Below, piece by piece: positions 12,281-26,789 of a DNA stretch of 64,000 nucleotides (positions are counted from its first letter, which is position 1; every line of letters starts with the position of its first letter). The notes below the pieces were generated by a model that made no database searches, was not told the origin of the DNA, and was given only the letters and a program-made list of their open reading frames with translations. Origin of the DNA: Octopus sinensis. Taxonomy: Eukaryota. The translations under genes and the position numbers were made by a program. The stretch is taken from NCBI RefSeq assembly GCF_006345805.1, contig NC_043013.1:3410001-3474000 (forward strand). Direction: 5' to 3'.

Positions 12281-12772
12281 ACATATATATGTATATATAT
12301 ATATATATACGTATATATCAAACTAAGGTTATAGAACAAACCAATGCAAGGTCATCCACATAACATTTCATAACTCGAACATTTAATCATAGATTATACA
12401 TTTAGACATCACGGAAGATGGAATATAATTCATCTGTACAAGCATATAATAAAGTGCGAGTAAAAATGTGTGAATACCGTTCATCACGGTTAAAAGTTAA
12501 TACTTTAGCGATTAAGAAAAAAATTATTTTTTTTTTAAACCATTGCAACACCTAGAAGGTAAATACGTAAAAATATAGTATAAAGTATATGTCGATGTGA
12601 GAACTATTACTACCCCTGTATTTTGATTTAACTTTAAGAAAAAAAAAATGAACGAACTAGTGAGTTTAGTTTAATGGCCTACCAATGTATACTATGAGTT
12701 TCTTTGCCCTAGGAGTCGGGAAGACACTCGGCAAGAAATGGAAGCAAATTTAAAAGAAGACGAAAAAAAAAA

Positions 12773-12809
<37 letters not shown>

Positions 12810-13016
12810 TGATCAGTGAGGATAGAGCACTACAGAAAAGGAATAAAGACAGCCTAATCACTAAAAACCATAATAAAATAAAATATATATTTTGATTATT
12901 TGATTTTGATTTTTAATCACCTTAATTTAAAATTGTATGGATAATACCGTACTAAATTCTGGTGCCTCAACTTAAGTAACAAATTAATCTGAATCAAATT
13001 TTTTTAATATATACAT

Positions 13017-13049
<33 letters not shown>

Positions 13050-13058
<9 letters not shown>

Positions 13059-13581
13059 AATCCGTTCTGTCTGTGTGTGTCTTCTAGAAACTCGGGCACC
13101 CTCCATCCGATTGCGCTCAAATTTGATATGTAGATACCGACGGTATCAGGGCGTGTATAAGTCTTGAAAAAATTACAAAATTCGATTCCAGGTGAGAATT
13201 CGATCAATAAAGCCGTGGGAATGTGCATTTGTACGCGCAAGTACATCCGCTATACACGAGAAAAATACACGTGCAGTTTGCGCAAAAAAGCTAGCTGGCT
13301 GGCTTGAAATAATGCCACAAAATGCAGTATATTTAAGAGACCAAAAAACTAAGATGCAAAAGAAATATTTTCTTCAAATTTGGCATGAAGGAAGGAAAGG
13401 CTATTTGGTTTCTCAAGAAGTTTTTTTTTTGTCTTAATTTCTTTTTTTAACAAAACCCAAAATTTTATTGAAATAAAGGCACACCTAACTTTTTTTTTTT
13501 AATGAAAAGAAAACACTGATTGCCTTTCATTCAGCAGATATGATTCAGCACCGTCCATTGGACGGGAGGGCGTTTTGCTCA
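13050..13581 (+). mobile_element. Probable non-autonomous Helitron
   Basis: Starts in TA run with ATAAAATCCGTTCTGTCTG; 3' hairpin CCGTCC-ATT-GGACGG 13551-13565; terminal CTAG degenerate (CTCA). Confidence 0.5.
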
Positions 13582-13637
13582 TATATATATAATATATATA
13601 TATATACGAGCAATATATATATATATATTACGAGCAA

Positions 13638-13675
<38 letters not shown>

Positions 13676-13741
13676 ATATATATATATATCATATATATAT
13701 ATATATATAATATATATATATTATATATTTATATATATATA

Positions 13742-13780
<39 letters not shown>

Positions 13781-13876
13781 ATATATATATTATATAATAT
13801 TATATATATATTATATATATATATATATATATCTATATATATATATATATATTTATTTATTTATTTATATATATAT

Positions 13877-13919
<43 letters not shown>

Positions 13920-13923
13920 ATCT

Positions 13924-13956
<33 letters not shown>

Positions 13957-13988
13957 TATTATATATATATATCTATATATATATATAT
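13582..13988. repeat. Long (TA)n
   Basis: Direct reading. Confidence 0.95.
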
Positions 13989-14153
13989 ACGACGGGTTGT
14001 TTCAATTTCCGTCTGCCAAATCCACTCACAAGGCTTTGGTCGGCCCGAGGCTATAGAAGAAGACACTTGCCCAAGGTGCCACGCAGTGCGACTGAACCCG
14101 GAACCATGTGGTTAGGAAGCAAACGTCTTACCACACGGCCACTCCTGCGCCTA
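13989..14153 (-). mobile_element. SINE family B 5' half
   Basis: Minus strand TAGGCGCAGGAGTGGCC...GGGTTCAGTCGCACTGCGTGGCACCTTGGGCAAGTGTC. Confidence 0.88.
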
Positions 14154-15399
14154 TGTTAAAGTTTATGCTAAAGTAAAAGCTCAGAGTGAATCTCACTTGT
14201 GCCGCTTTTGTTGGCGATTCAATGTTTTCACTACAATGCAAGATTATCTTTCTGATAATATTCAGTGTCACGTAACTATGTTTGTATCTATGTAATTAAT
14301 CTGAAATTGTTTTGAAAATTACGCATGCGTCTTTCGTATGCCTTTACTTCGAGATTATTTGTCAATCTTACAACCGAGATTATACTTATAAAGTCTTTTC
14401 ACAATTATTTTGATACTGAAAATAGTAATGACCCATGACTTCGTTTAAGTAAAAGTTGTAAGAAAGCCAGGTTTAGCTACTTTAATCAAATTATGATATT
14501 TACAGCTTTAACAAAGCCTAAGGATTCTGTTATCAAGTTAATAGTCTTTGCCAAAGAATCGTTTTAGCCAAACTGATGTTCGCATATAAATTTGCGATAA
14601 GTTTCATCAATCCTATATATCTACATTAGAAGCCCCTGAGTACTGTTTTTAGAATATTATAATCTCTATCCAATTAAATTATCTCCTTACAATTGAAATC
14701 TCGTAACAGACAATCCAGTGTAGACCATAATGAAGTACTGTAACTCTAAAATAATGTACACATAACCTACTCTGCCATATCTTTCTTTGCCTCGAGAATG
14801 TTTCTTTTAAAATCTTTTACTTGATTCACTACCGAAGCAGGTTTCCTCACGTTTATGTTCAAAATATATTTTGGTAAAATCCTAATTTTTCCACGTCAAA
14901 TTAACTTCACAGATAAGCTTAAACTCAGCTTGATTCTTTCTTCATAATGCTTTTCTGGATGTATCTCTTAACATTTTCAACAGTCATCTTAATGATGAAA
15001 ACACGATTTAAATTTACCTTTTCGTTTCTTTCAGCTGAAAGGAAGATGCTGAAATGATTAGAACATGAGGAGTAAAAAAAATCAATATTTAATAATAATT
15101 ATTCTAATTGACTTCTTGATAAACATTTTACAGTCTTCTGTAGTTAATTAACATGATAAAAGAAGAGCGCAAAAAACCTGACACAAACCTGGAATGTTAT
15201 TTCAAAATAAAATTCGATATCACGTCTCTTACAATATGGAGGAAAAGGTCTTAAAAAACGTTCTAGGGATGAGAAGTAAATACAGCCATCGCAGATTATA
15301 TTATGTATTACACAATTACTAAATAACTATATTGTTATATCAACAATCATCGCAGTCTAAGTTCATAAGCGAGTAAAAGTGAAAATCATATCATAATTA

Positions 15400-16424
15400 G
15401 CGGCAGATATGGTAATACGGTCATGAGATTTCTCTGAGAGTAAGCGACGCTAGAAAAGTATTGTTAAAACCAACAAAGGACGATCATTCTTTAATTATCC
15501 TCTTTTCGGCCCCACGAAACTTTAGTCATGATTACCATCCCAGAAAGTCAATTGCAAAAGATCTCCATATGTCAGAATGAATTGTCAGAAATGCTGTCCA
15601 CGAAGACATAAAATATAAGTCTTCATATGATGAGGAAAGGTCAATTTGTCAGAAAAAGCAAAAGAAAATCACTACATCAGATCTAAAAGGCTCTTAAACA
15701 AACTGAAAAATCCAGAAGAAGATTTGATTTGGTTTTTCTCAAACCAGAAAAACTTCGACTCAGATCAAAAAGTTAACAGAAGAAATAACAGATAGTTATG
15801 TGCAGACTCTTCTGAAGTTCCAAGTGTTGTGCATACAAAATTTCTTGCACCTATCATGGTTTTAGAGCTTGTCAGCAATGAAGAACATGTGATGCCTACT
15901 TACTTCTTTCCACAAGGCCTTAGAATTAACTCTGCCACCTACATTGAGGTCCTGAAAATAATTAAGCCCTAGATAGACAGCATATGCAATGGAAGGCCAT
16001 ATGTGTTTCAGTAAGACTCTGCACTATGACACATAACTCTAGTAACACAGGAATGGATGGCTGAAAATGTTCATGATCACACAACACCTAACATTTGGCC
16101 TCCTAATTCCCCAGATCTCAATCCATTGGACTATTACATGTGTAGCGTTATTGAGAGAGAGGTCAATGAACACGCCCATAGCACCAAAGATCTTTTGAAA
16201 GCTGTCATAGTCAGAGTAATGTCCAAAATAAACCAGGACCACTTGATTCCAGCATATAGAACCAGTGGTTGAAGCTGAAGGTGGCTTTATTGAATAACAT
16301 CATAGAAAAGAAAGTTTATTTTTATCCTCATATCAGTTTTTGATAAATATAGTTATCTGTTATTATGTATCTGGGTTTTTTTTATAAACATAAATCTGTC
16401 TTCAAATATTTTAAACACCCTGTA
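15400..16424 (+). mobile_element. DD37D (maT-type) Tc1/mariner remnant
   Basis: WFFS..KNF, GRPYVFQ*DSA, WPPNSPDLNPLDYY; 37 residues between 2nd and 3rd Asp; right end CACCCTG-TA; left boundary approximate. Confidence 0.85.
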
Positions 16425-16442
16425 TATACACGTACATATATA

Positions 16443-17139
16443 CAGATTGCAGTGAATAAACTGTCGTCTAAATTACGCAAAAATGAAAATAACACTGACA
16501 TCTTATTTTAACAGATGTATTTACCAAAATTATATAAAAATATCTTGGAGTACTAAAGAGTAAATTTATTCAATAAAATTACCATTGGCTTCCACCACAG
16601 CTTCCAGGCGGAGTTAAGTGGCCAGATATTAGGGGTGATGTGGTCGCAGAAATTGTCTGACGGTCATGACTGGGTTCTCTTGTTTGTGTGGCATGATGCA
16701 GAGTCCTGTTGCCAGACATAGGGTCTTCCAGCAGTCACCCTCTTGACCCAGGGCGGCACTACCTCCTCCAGGCACATTATGTAGGCTTCCGTGTTGAGTC
16801 TGAGGCCGTGTGGGAAGAAGAAGCTATGCATATCGTCGCCATCATTAGTGATCACTCCAAACAACATGATGTTGACTGGATGTTTGATTTTTATCTCTCT
16901 CAGAACATGTCCACAGATTGCACTCTCCTCAGATTGACACCCAAACACTCAGAAATGTTCGTATTGGAGCTTCCGGCACCAATGTCAAGCAGTACAGTAT
17001 GTCGTTTCCAATTTTCTAGCAGAGTGAATTGGGTAATGGTACTGTTTTTCTCAAAGGCGGTGCCCAATTGACCTTACTATGCTGTGTAGTTGACAACATC
17101 AAAAACAAACAACGCGCAAAATTAAAAATATAAAATGGC
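16443..17139 (-). mobile_element. Second DD37D-type remnant, internally deleted
   Basis: KHPVNIMLFGVITNDGD...GRPYVWQQDSASCHT...HITPNIWP, RLEAVVEANG. Confidence 0.82.
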
Positions 17140-17173
17140 GTATATACATGTATATATATATTGTATATATATT

Positions 17174-17223
<50 letters not shown>

Positions 17224-17334
17224 TATTATTATTATTATTATTATATTATTATTATTATATATTATATATATATATATATATATTATTATTAGATATATAT
17301 ATATAATAACACTAACATCTGTACTAAAGAGTAG

Positions 17335-17400
<66 letters not shown>

Positions 17401-17490
17401 ATATTATTATATATATTATATATCTATATATATATTATATATATATATATATATAATATATATATATTATATATATATATTATATATATA

Positions 17491-17549
<59 letters not shown>

Positions 17550-18035
17550 TGGAGTAGTGTTGACACTGGGATTAAACAACAACGACGTTAGTTCCTTGCT
17601 AACATTTTCCACTGCGAAAAAGATATCTGCTGAAATATGTATCAAGTCAGCAAGCTGCCTACAATCCTGCCATTGGTGTCCCATCGTCATCTGGTCTGTC
17701 TCGTCTGGCCATTACATAACGCTGATGTCGTTCTTTCAATGTCCTTATGTTTTTGTTTCTTTCGACAAATATTATTCTCCTGCAATTTCAATGGAATAGA
17801 AGCTACGCTGATCTCCCTTGACTGGGAGAGCTTGCATAATAAGGCTATGGGCAACATTTGAATCTCTTCCCAAAATACATATATGTGTGTGTTTGTGTGT
17901 GTGTTTGTGTGTGTGTTTGTGTGTGTGTGCGTGCGTTTCTGCGTTTCTGTATGTGTTTTTATGGGTATACATATATATATATATATATACACATGTACAT
18001 ATATATATACATATACACATGTACATATACACATG

Positions 18036-18071
<36 letters not shown>

Positions 18072-18351
18072 TACACACACATACATATATGTACATATAT
18101 ACATATACATATATGCATGTGTGACTTTGTGTGTGTGTGCACGCGTATGTAAGCAATTATACACACATGTGCGCAAGCACTCGCACACACAAACACACAG
18201 ACGTACAGATAAGAATGAAAATCATAGAATGCAGAGAGAGAGAGAAGGAGAGATGACAGGTGAAACAAAAGAAACAACAGAGAAAGAGAATGTAGAGAGG
18301 GTAAAATATGAGAGAGAGAGGGTAAATGGAAGAGAAAAGTAGTGAGGTAGA

Positions 18352-18400
<49 letters not shown>

Positions 18401-18564
18401 GTGATAATATTGCTTTTATCTCTGTGAAACACCCTCGCCCAACTCATCGTTCCTATCCTCATCACTATGGAAACAAACCCTTTATCTTCGTCATCATCAC
18501 TAACAGCGAAACATTATCAGTTTACTCCCCATACTTCGCCCTTGTGGCAAATAAAGAACCCATT

Positions 18565-18906
18565 ATTATTATCATTAATATCATCATCGTCGTCGTCGTC
18601 ATCGTCATCATCATCATCATCATCATCATTATTATGGTTGTTGTTGTTATTGCTGATTTTATTATTGCTGTTGTTGTTGCTGATGTTGTCATTGCTGTTA
18701 TTGCTGATTTTATTATCATCATCATCCTCTTCATCATCCTCTTCATCATTATCGTCGTCGTCGTCATCGTCGTTGTCATCGTCCTCATCATCATCAACAG
18801 CATTTATCGTTATTTCAACAGTTTCACGTGAACATTATTATTATTATACTTATTATTATTATTGTTGTTGTTGTTGTTGTTGTTGTTATTATATTATGAT
18901 TATTAC

Positions 18907-18943
<37 letters not shown>

Positions 18944-18955
18944 ATTATTATGATC

Positions 18956-18987
<32 letters not shown>

Positions 18988-19040
18988 CCTCATCATCATC
19001 ATCATCATCATCATCATCACCATTATTATGATTATTTTGT
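18565..19040. repeat. Compound trinucleotide tract (CAT/TGT/TAT)
   Basis: Direct reading. Confidence 0.92.
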
Positions 19041-19449
19041 TTTTCCCTGTAATCGAGATAATATTCTGATGAGCAATGTGATAATGTAACTGTGGTGGAA
19101 GTGATAAAGTGTTGTTCTTTTTGTTCTTTTTGTTGCAGTTGTTGTTGTTGTTGTTGTTGCTGTTTTGCCCATAGTCAACCGTCACTCAGCAAACTTATAT
19201 GACCAAAACCGTTGAAGCTCTGAACATAATGAAGGAATAGGCTGCTATTTCTTGAAAGACGAACGACCACACAAAGGCTTTTTTTGTTTTTTTTGTTTGG
19301 TCCTGGGTTTGTTCTGGTGAAACAAACTTATCATTAAAGACAATCCAGTCACCACCACTTCGCCTTGTTTGCAAGGCATAGCCTACCGTGGACTACGCTA
19401 TTTCAACGAGTGTAATTTTGAGGGAGAATCACTTGGGCTTCTGTAGACG

Positions 19450-19574
19450 TTGTTGTTGTTGTTTTTGATGTTGCTGTTGTTGTTGTTGTTAGAGTTCTTT
19501 TTCTTCCGTTTCCTTCACAGAAGTTGCAGTAGTAAAAAGAGCAGCAGTGGCAGTAGTAGTAGTAGTAGTAGTAA

Positions 19575-19619
<45 letters not shown>

Positions 19620-19629
19620 CAGCAGCAGC

Positions 19630-19664
<35 letters not shown>

Positions 19665-19810
19665 CAGCAGCAGCAGAAATAGTAGTAGTAGTAGTTGTAG
19701 TAGTAGCAGCAGCAACAGCAGTAGTAGTAATAGTAGTAGTGGTAGTAGTTGTTGTTGCTTTTGTTGTTGCTGTTGCTGTTGTTGTTTTCTACGTGGTGGT
19801 GGTGGTGGTG
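19450..19810. repeat. Compound (TAG/CAG/TTG)n
   Basis: Direct reading. Confidence 0.92.
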
Positions 19811-20026
19811 AAGTGTGGATAATGTAGAGGAAGCGAAGAGACGGTTGGTCGGGGCTGGTTCGCAACTGCTCCATTCTCAACTTCGTTCCTTTATCGTCAT
19901 TTATCATCAACATTAGCAAACGTACTTAATCTAATTCCCATATCTTTCCATCATTGTGACGACTTATCTATATATCTATATGTATGCTTATCTGTTTATC
20001 CGTCTATCCATGTACGCATGTGTGAG

Positions 20027-20058
<32 letters not shown>

Positions 20059-20174
20059 TACATACACATAGCCACACAAACACGCACACATACACACATA
20101 TACATATATGAGTGTGTGTGTGCGCGCGTGCGACGCGTGTGTGTGTGTGTGTGTATGTGTGTGTGTGTGTGTGT

Positions 20175-20353
20175 AAAATGACAAACTAGAGAAAACGAAG
20201 CTACAAAACGAAAAGAAAAAGAGTTTCATAACCTTTCCAATATTTCGCGCACAAAAGCCCATCGTCAGGTTCGTGCCCGAACTATAGAAAGGTTATTCAA
20301 CTTTTTCCTTTTCGCATTGTAAGAAGAACTCGTCTTCACTATTTTGTTAATTT
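20175..20353. repeat. Diverged palindrome with a hammerhead core at its apex (minus strand)
   Basis: ATAACCTTTC...GAAAGGTTAT arms; minus strand CTGACGA-T-GGGC TTTTGT GCGC-GAAA-TATT at 20268-20239. Confidence 0.6.
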
Positions 20354-20389
20354 ACTTCTTTTTCAAAATGTTTCAAACAAGCCACGATG

Positions 20390-20442
<53 letters not shown>

Positions 20443-21077
20443 TGCATGCGTGTATTAGTGTGTGTGTGTGTCTGTGTCTATGTGTGTGTGGTGTGTTTGT
20501 GTGTGTCTATGTGTGCATGTGTGTGTGCTCGTGTGTGTATATCTATACGCAAAGTGCATATTCTCTTTCTGTCAGTCTAAAATTGATCTCAGTTACTGAT
20601 GACTTTATGAATGAAGATCACAGCTCAGTTTAATCCTGATAAGGAAATGCCGTAATTCCAGTATACATAGTGATAGAGTTTCCTAGCTGATAGGCTTATT
20701 TTGTGGGGCGTAGGGTTACGTTTCACGTTTCTTCAACCTTAAACAATTAAAGTGCAAAGTGTGGCTTTTCTTAATTGTTCTCGAGCTAGGTATTAACACC
20801 AATAGCTAAATGAACAAATTTTTTGAGAAAACTTGAAGCCATTGGGACACTTTCATCAGTATCTTAGTTGCACATACGTCATTTGTCCAAGGCCCCACTT
20901 TCCAAAGACATTCCTGGTCTTTTTGTTTATATCTTCTGGAATAAGAATAAAACTACATGTTAGTTCTGTAACTAACTACATAGACAAGCACATTATTTTG
21001 ACAGGGAATTCTTAAAATCCTAAGACGTCAGATCATGTAAAAAAAACTTTCGCTATCCAACATGTCTGCTTCACACT

Positions 21078-21177
21078 NNNNNNNNNNNNNNNNNNNNNNN
21101 NNNNNNNNNNNNNNNNNNNNNNNNNNNNNNNNNNNNNNNNNNNNNNNNNNNNNNNNNNNNNNNNNNNNNNNNNNNNN
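21078..21177. other. 100-N assembly gap
   Basis: Run of N. Confidence 0.98.
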
Positions 21178-21342
21178 GAATACAACTGTGTATGTGTGAG
21201 TACGCTTGTGTGTGTGTGTGTGTGTGTGTGTGTGTCTATTTCATAACATGCCTGATATTGTGTATTGGCTCTTAGTCAGGTACACAGACATACACACTGA
21301 AAGAAACATGAATAGATGTACATTCACACACACACACACATA

Positions 21343-21384
<42 letters not shown>

Positions 21385-21695
21385 ACTATACATTGTGCAG
21401 TCATACGTATGCATATAATTACGCTACTCAGCTTGTGTCAATTTGCAGTCAGACACAGTGTCGGATACCGTATATCTGTATGTGTGTGTATGTGTGTGTA
21501 TATGTGTGTGTATGTGTGTATGTGTGTGTGTATGTGTGTGTATGTGTGTGTGTGTGCGTGTAAGGTGCGTAGGCGCGCGTATGCACTTGGCAATGCAACT
21601 ATCTATAACTACGCGTGCATTTATACACACAAACACACACACACAGACACACACACACACACAGACACAGACACACACAGACACAGACACACACA

Positions 21696-21730
<35 letters not shown>

Positions 21731-22484
21731 CTGATATACGTAGTGGGTGTGTGCTTCATCTCCGCACTGTCTTTCCTTTCCGCCAGAGACATTGGCAGGT
21801 GTACATTGCTGCTGTGTAGGTATGTGTGCATTGATAAGCATAGTTCGTTGCATGTGTGCATCTATGAGTGTGTGTGTGTGTATGTGTGTGTGTGTGTGTG
21901 TGTGTGTCTATTAGTTGCATTCGTGCATCGTTGATGTATCAGCGTTCAGACAATCATACAACTACAGCCTCGGTATATGCGTGTGAGTATGTGTACGCAG
22001 GTGTGTGCGCGCGCATGCGTCTGTGTGTTTGTGTGTTTGTGTGTGTGTACGCGTGTGTGTGTGTACGCGTGTGTGTGTGTATGCGTGTGTGTGTGTACGC
22101 GTGTGTGTGTGTGTATTCTTGGCAATATGGCTGTCTATAAATACGCGCACGCACACATATATACACACCTGGTAGTATGTTGTGGGTGTGAGGGTGTATA
22201 TGTGTGATAAGGTCTATCGATTTTTACAAGCCAGTCGTATGTCTGGCTGTCTGTGAAAATGTGTGTGTGCGCGTGTGTGTGTGTGCGTGTGTATGTGTGT
22301 GAGCGTATGCGTGTGTGTGTGTGTGCATCGATGTATGTGTGTGTAGATTACCATATATTCGCTAATATGGATGAGGAGGTTTTAATGAACGTATGTGTAG
22401 TGATATTTATTGTTCGTTACCATCCTGACAACATGAGTATATGTCTATTTATGTTCATATACGTGTAATGTGTAAATATGTATA

Positions 22485-22525
<41 letters not shown>

Positions 22526-23272
22526 ATATATATAGATATATATATACATACATACAATATACATATTTATACATATATGTAACATATATATATACATATA
22601 TATACATATATATAATACATATAGTATATATACATACATAATATAATATATGTATATATATATATAGTATATATATATACATATATATTATATATATATA
22701 TATATATTAATATATATATATATAATATATATATACATACATAATATAGATATATATATATATGTGTGTGTGTATGTATAACGTGTATGTGTACTTTATA
22801 GTGCGTGTGTCAGTGTGATGTATTACAGATTGCGTGCCTGATGGAATAACTACTTTTGACATGATTACTTTGTTACGTTATGGTATTTCCTAACCCTCGA
22901 ACCATCATGAATCACCATTCAACAATAAATGAAGAAAAAAGCACATCACAGACACATCATACATACGGACATAGGACCGTGTAAACAGTCGTATAAAGAG
23001 AACAACAGGTTATGACGTTTCATAAACACTGACGCAATTATACTGTAACAATCAGACACGGCACCACATGAGATATACACCGTCACACGCAGTAACAATG
23101 GCACATACATGTAGCAATATCGAGACACACACAATTAAACAACCATACAAAATACAGTAACACCAGCACTTACACATAGTAATATCAACACACACACACA
23201 TGCGCACATACGCATACATACACACACAATTATACAACCATCCACACAGTAATACTCGCATATTCTTACAGA

Positions 23273-23493
23273 AATATTGGTTACAAATGTTGGCACAAGG
23301 CCAGCAATTTAGGGGGGGGGGTAAGTCGATTACATCGACCCCCAGTGCTCGACTAACACTTATTTTATCGATTTGGAAGGGATAAAATGTAAAGTCGACC
23401 TCGGTGGAATTCGAACTCAGAACGTAACGACGGACGACATGCTGCAAAACATGTTGCACGGTGTGCTAACGATTCTGCCAAGCTCATCGCCTT
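23273..23493 (-). mobile_element. SINE family A (alternative tail)
   Basis: AAAGTCGACCTCGGTGGAATTCGAACTCAGAACG...CTGCCAAGCTC. Confidence 0.8.
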
Positions 23494-23676
23494 ATATAAT
23501 ACTTTAATATTACATTGTTGATAACACACTGAAATAGCACCGCATTCGATAATACCATCAGAGAGATAGTAATACGGTGAGATAACCATACATACAGAAA
23601 TACTATCTCGCACATTATCACCAGCAGCACATACACACATGCTTATAACACCATACACACAGTAGTATCATTCTAA

Positions 23677-23925
23677 ACACGGGTATACCATCATACACGA
23701 CACACAGGTATAACATCATACACACAGGTATACCATCATACACACAGATATATCATTATACACAGAGGTATGCCATTATATACGCAGGTATGCCATCATC
23801 CACAGACATAGGTATACCATCATAAACACGAGCATACAATCAAACACGCGGGTATACCATTATAAACATGGGTATACCATTACACATACAAGTATACACA
23901 CACAAGTATATCGTCATACACAGAG
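23677..23925. repeat. Degenerate ~20-bp minisatellite (ACACAGGTATACCATCATAC)
   Basis: About a dozen diverged units. Confidence 0.8.
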
Positions 23926-24084
23926 AACTGTCACCAGAAATACAGAAACAGAAGTACTACGATAAACACGGAGGTTTCATCTCACAGTAATACAACATAC
24001 AGGAATACCTTCACTTTATACAGTAATACTTACACAGACACAAATAATAATACAACCATACACAGTAATACAGCTACGCACGCA

Positions 24085-24314
24085 AATACCTATTTCTTTA
24101 CTATCCACAAGGGGCTAAACACAGAGGGGACAAACAAAGACAGACATAGGTATTAAGTCGATTATATCGACCTCAGTGCGTAACTGGTACTTAATCGACC
24201 CCGAAAGGATGAAAGGCAAAGTCGACCTTGGCGGAATTTGAACTCAGAACGTAGCGGCAGACGAAATACGGCTATGCATTTCGCCCGGCGTGCTAACGTT
24301 TCTGCCAGCTCGCC
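24085..24314 (-). mobile_element. SINE family A, full length
   Basis: Complete head to AATACCTATTTC tail; flanked by a long direct duplication. Confidence 0.9.
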
Positions 24315-24554
24315 GTAATACAACATACAGTAATACTTACACAGACACAAATAATAATAATACAACCATACACAGTAATACAGCTACGCACGCAAATACC
24401 ACTACACACGTGCAGTTGTACCATCACACATACAGTGTAATACCTCCCACATGTACAGCAATGGCAATTAAACACTCAATAAAACAACCTTACACACACA
24501 CATACACACATACATACACATATGCACATCGTAATACCACCAACAGACATTGTA

Positions 24555-24786
24555 ATACCTATTTCTTTATTACCCACAGGGGGCTAAACCTAGAGGGGAC
24601 AAAGAAGGACAGACATAGGTATTAAGTCGATTACATCGACCCCAGTGCGAAGCTGGTACTTAATTTATCGACCCCGAAATGATGAAAGGCAAAGTCGACC
24701 TCGGCGGAATTTGAACTCAGAACGTAACGACAGACGAAATACCGCTACGCATTTCGCCCGGCGTGCTAACGTTTCTGCCAGCTCGC
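24555..24786 (-). mobile_element. SINE family A, full length
   Basis: Close match to 24085-24314 and 50332-50560. Confidence 0.9.
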
Positions 24787-25346
24787 CATACCATCACTAT
24801 ACACCCTACACAGTAATACAAACACACAGACACACGCACACATACACACATACTATTATGCACGCACAGACTCACACATGCACTGATGCGCATACGCACG
24901 CAGGCGCACATGGATTTCTCCGTGTGCTTCCGCCCATCAATGTACACATATAATTAGCATACTCTGACAGGTTCCCTCTTATCACACACAAACATATGCA
25001 TACATGAACACGTATACCCACACACAGATACACGCAAAATACGCACAGGCACACACAAATATATATATATGCACATGTGTATATATGTATATACATACAT
25101 ATACATGTGTATATTTATATTTATACATGTATATACATACACACATACACACACACATACACACACACAGACACACACACACACACATTCACGCAATGTA
25201 TAGCGTTGACGCCATCCATTAGCAGCACACCCATTACGTCTCCCATACAAGAACGTAATCGTATGCAAGTATGCAAGTACACACATAGACGTGCGCGCAC
25301 TCAAACACATGCACACGCTCGCGCGCAGTGAGAGAGATAGGGAGAG

Positions 25347-25384
<38 letters not shown>

Positions 25385-25456
25385 TTTTACAGATAACACA
25401 ACAGAAGCTCAACCATTCTGACATACTGACACAGGCAACATGATACACACACACAC

Positions 25457-25519
<63 letters not shown>

Positions 25520-25529
25520 GACACACACG

Positions 25530-25560
<31 letters not shown>

Positions 25561-25903
25561 AGAACTAGCTACGCTAACCTATACAGGTTCGCGCGCAAGG
25601 CTCACATACACGCGCAGAAACTTTGACACACGTTCATACACAGTTTCTTCATATACAGATATATGCTGCGTGTGTATATATACATCCATTTATACAGATA
25701 TATATACATGTGCACGTAGGCATGTATATACATATATATACGTACACACACACAAATGCACGCCCATGCACATACGCATACAGGCCTTTCACATAAGCAT
25801 CTACAATCTACAAATACGGAGACAACGGGGAGTGTGTTACAGAGTCATAACCGCCTACACGCATGCCTGCTATTGGGACAAATATATATATATATATGTA
25901 TAT

Positions 25904-25953
<50 letters not shown>

Positions 25954-26076
25954 ATATATATAATATATATATATATACATAATATATATATACATATATA
26001 TATATACACACATATATACGTATATATATATATATACATATATATATATTCTATATATATATATATTATATATATA

Positions 26077-26114
<38 letters not shown>

Positions 26115-26166
26115 TATATGTTGTTTTAGCACGCGTATTTACATCTCCTACACTTCCCTGCACAGA

Positions 26167-26316
26167 GGATATAGCAGCAAGCCGTAGACAGCAGACGAGA
26201 CAGTAGAATCTGACAGCAGACTACATGCATTTTAGCTGCATGTTGCAGACCTAACGTATTGCCTTGCCTCACTGTGATGCAGTTGACTGTGTAACAATCT
26301 ATACAGCCTGTTGCAG
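26167..26316. repeat. 150-bp sequence, left copy of an inverted pair with 32192-32341
   Basis: 148/150 identity to the reverse complement of 32192-32341. Confidence 0.93.
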
Positions 26317-26412
26317 TCGTTCTGTCTCCTATGGAGACCGACATGTCTGGCGGTACACACGTATGGGTGTGGACGTATGATTATTAATATTTGTGGGAAT
26401 ATGTGTGCCTGT

Positions 26413-26486
<74 letters not shown>

Positions 26487-26497
26487 ATATATAGATA

Positions 26498-26528
<31 letters not shown>

Positions 26529-26726
26529 ATCACTGCATGAGTGCATGAATATATATGTATGTGTGTATAAATATGCAAATATAGATACACACACATCAGT
26601 ATGTATGTATGTATATGTATGTATATATGTATATTCAGAGGAAAAAAATTATAATAAGGCAGAATGCTAAATTGAAAGTAAATTTTAAGATATATATATA
26701 TGTCTGTGTAATATATAATATATATT

Positions 26727-26768
<42 letters not shown>

Positions 26769-26789
26769 ATACGCACACAGACACGCACA

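Noticed and set aside
17550-17878. Unique segment with short ORFs on both strands
   Set aside because: No recognisable motif or convincing splice pair
21078-21177. Junction features across the N run
   Set aside because: Fixed 100-N scaffold gap; adjacency is not reliable
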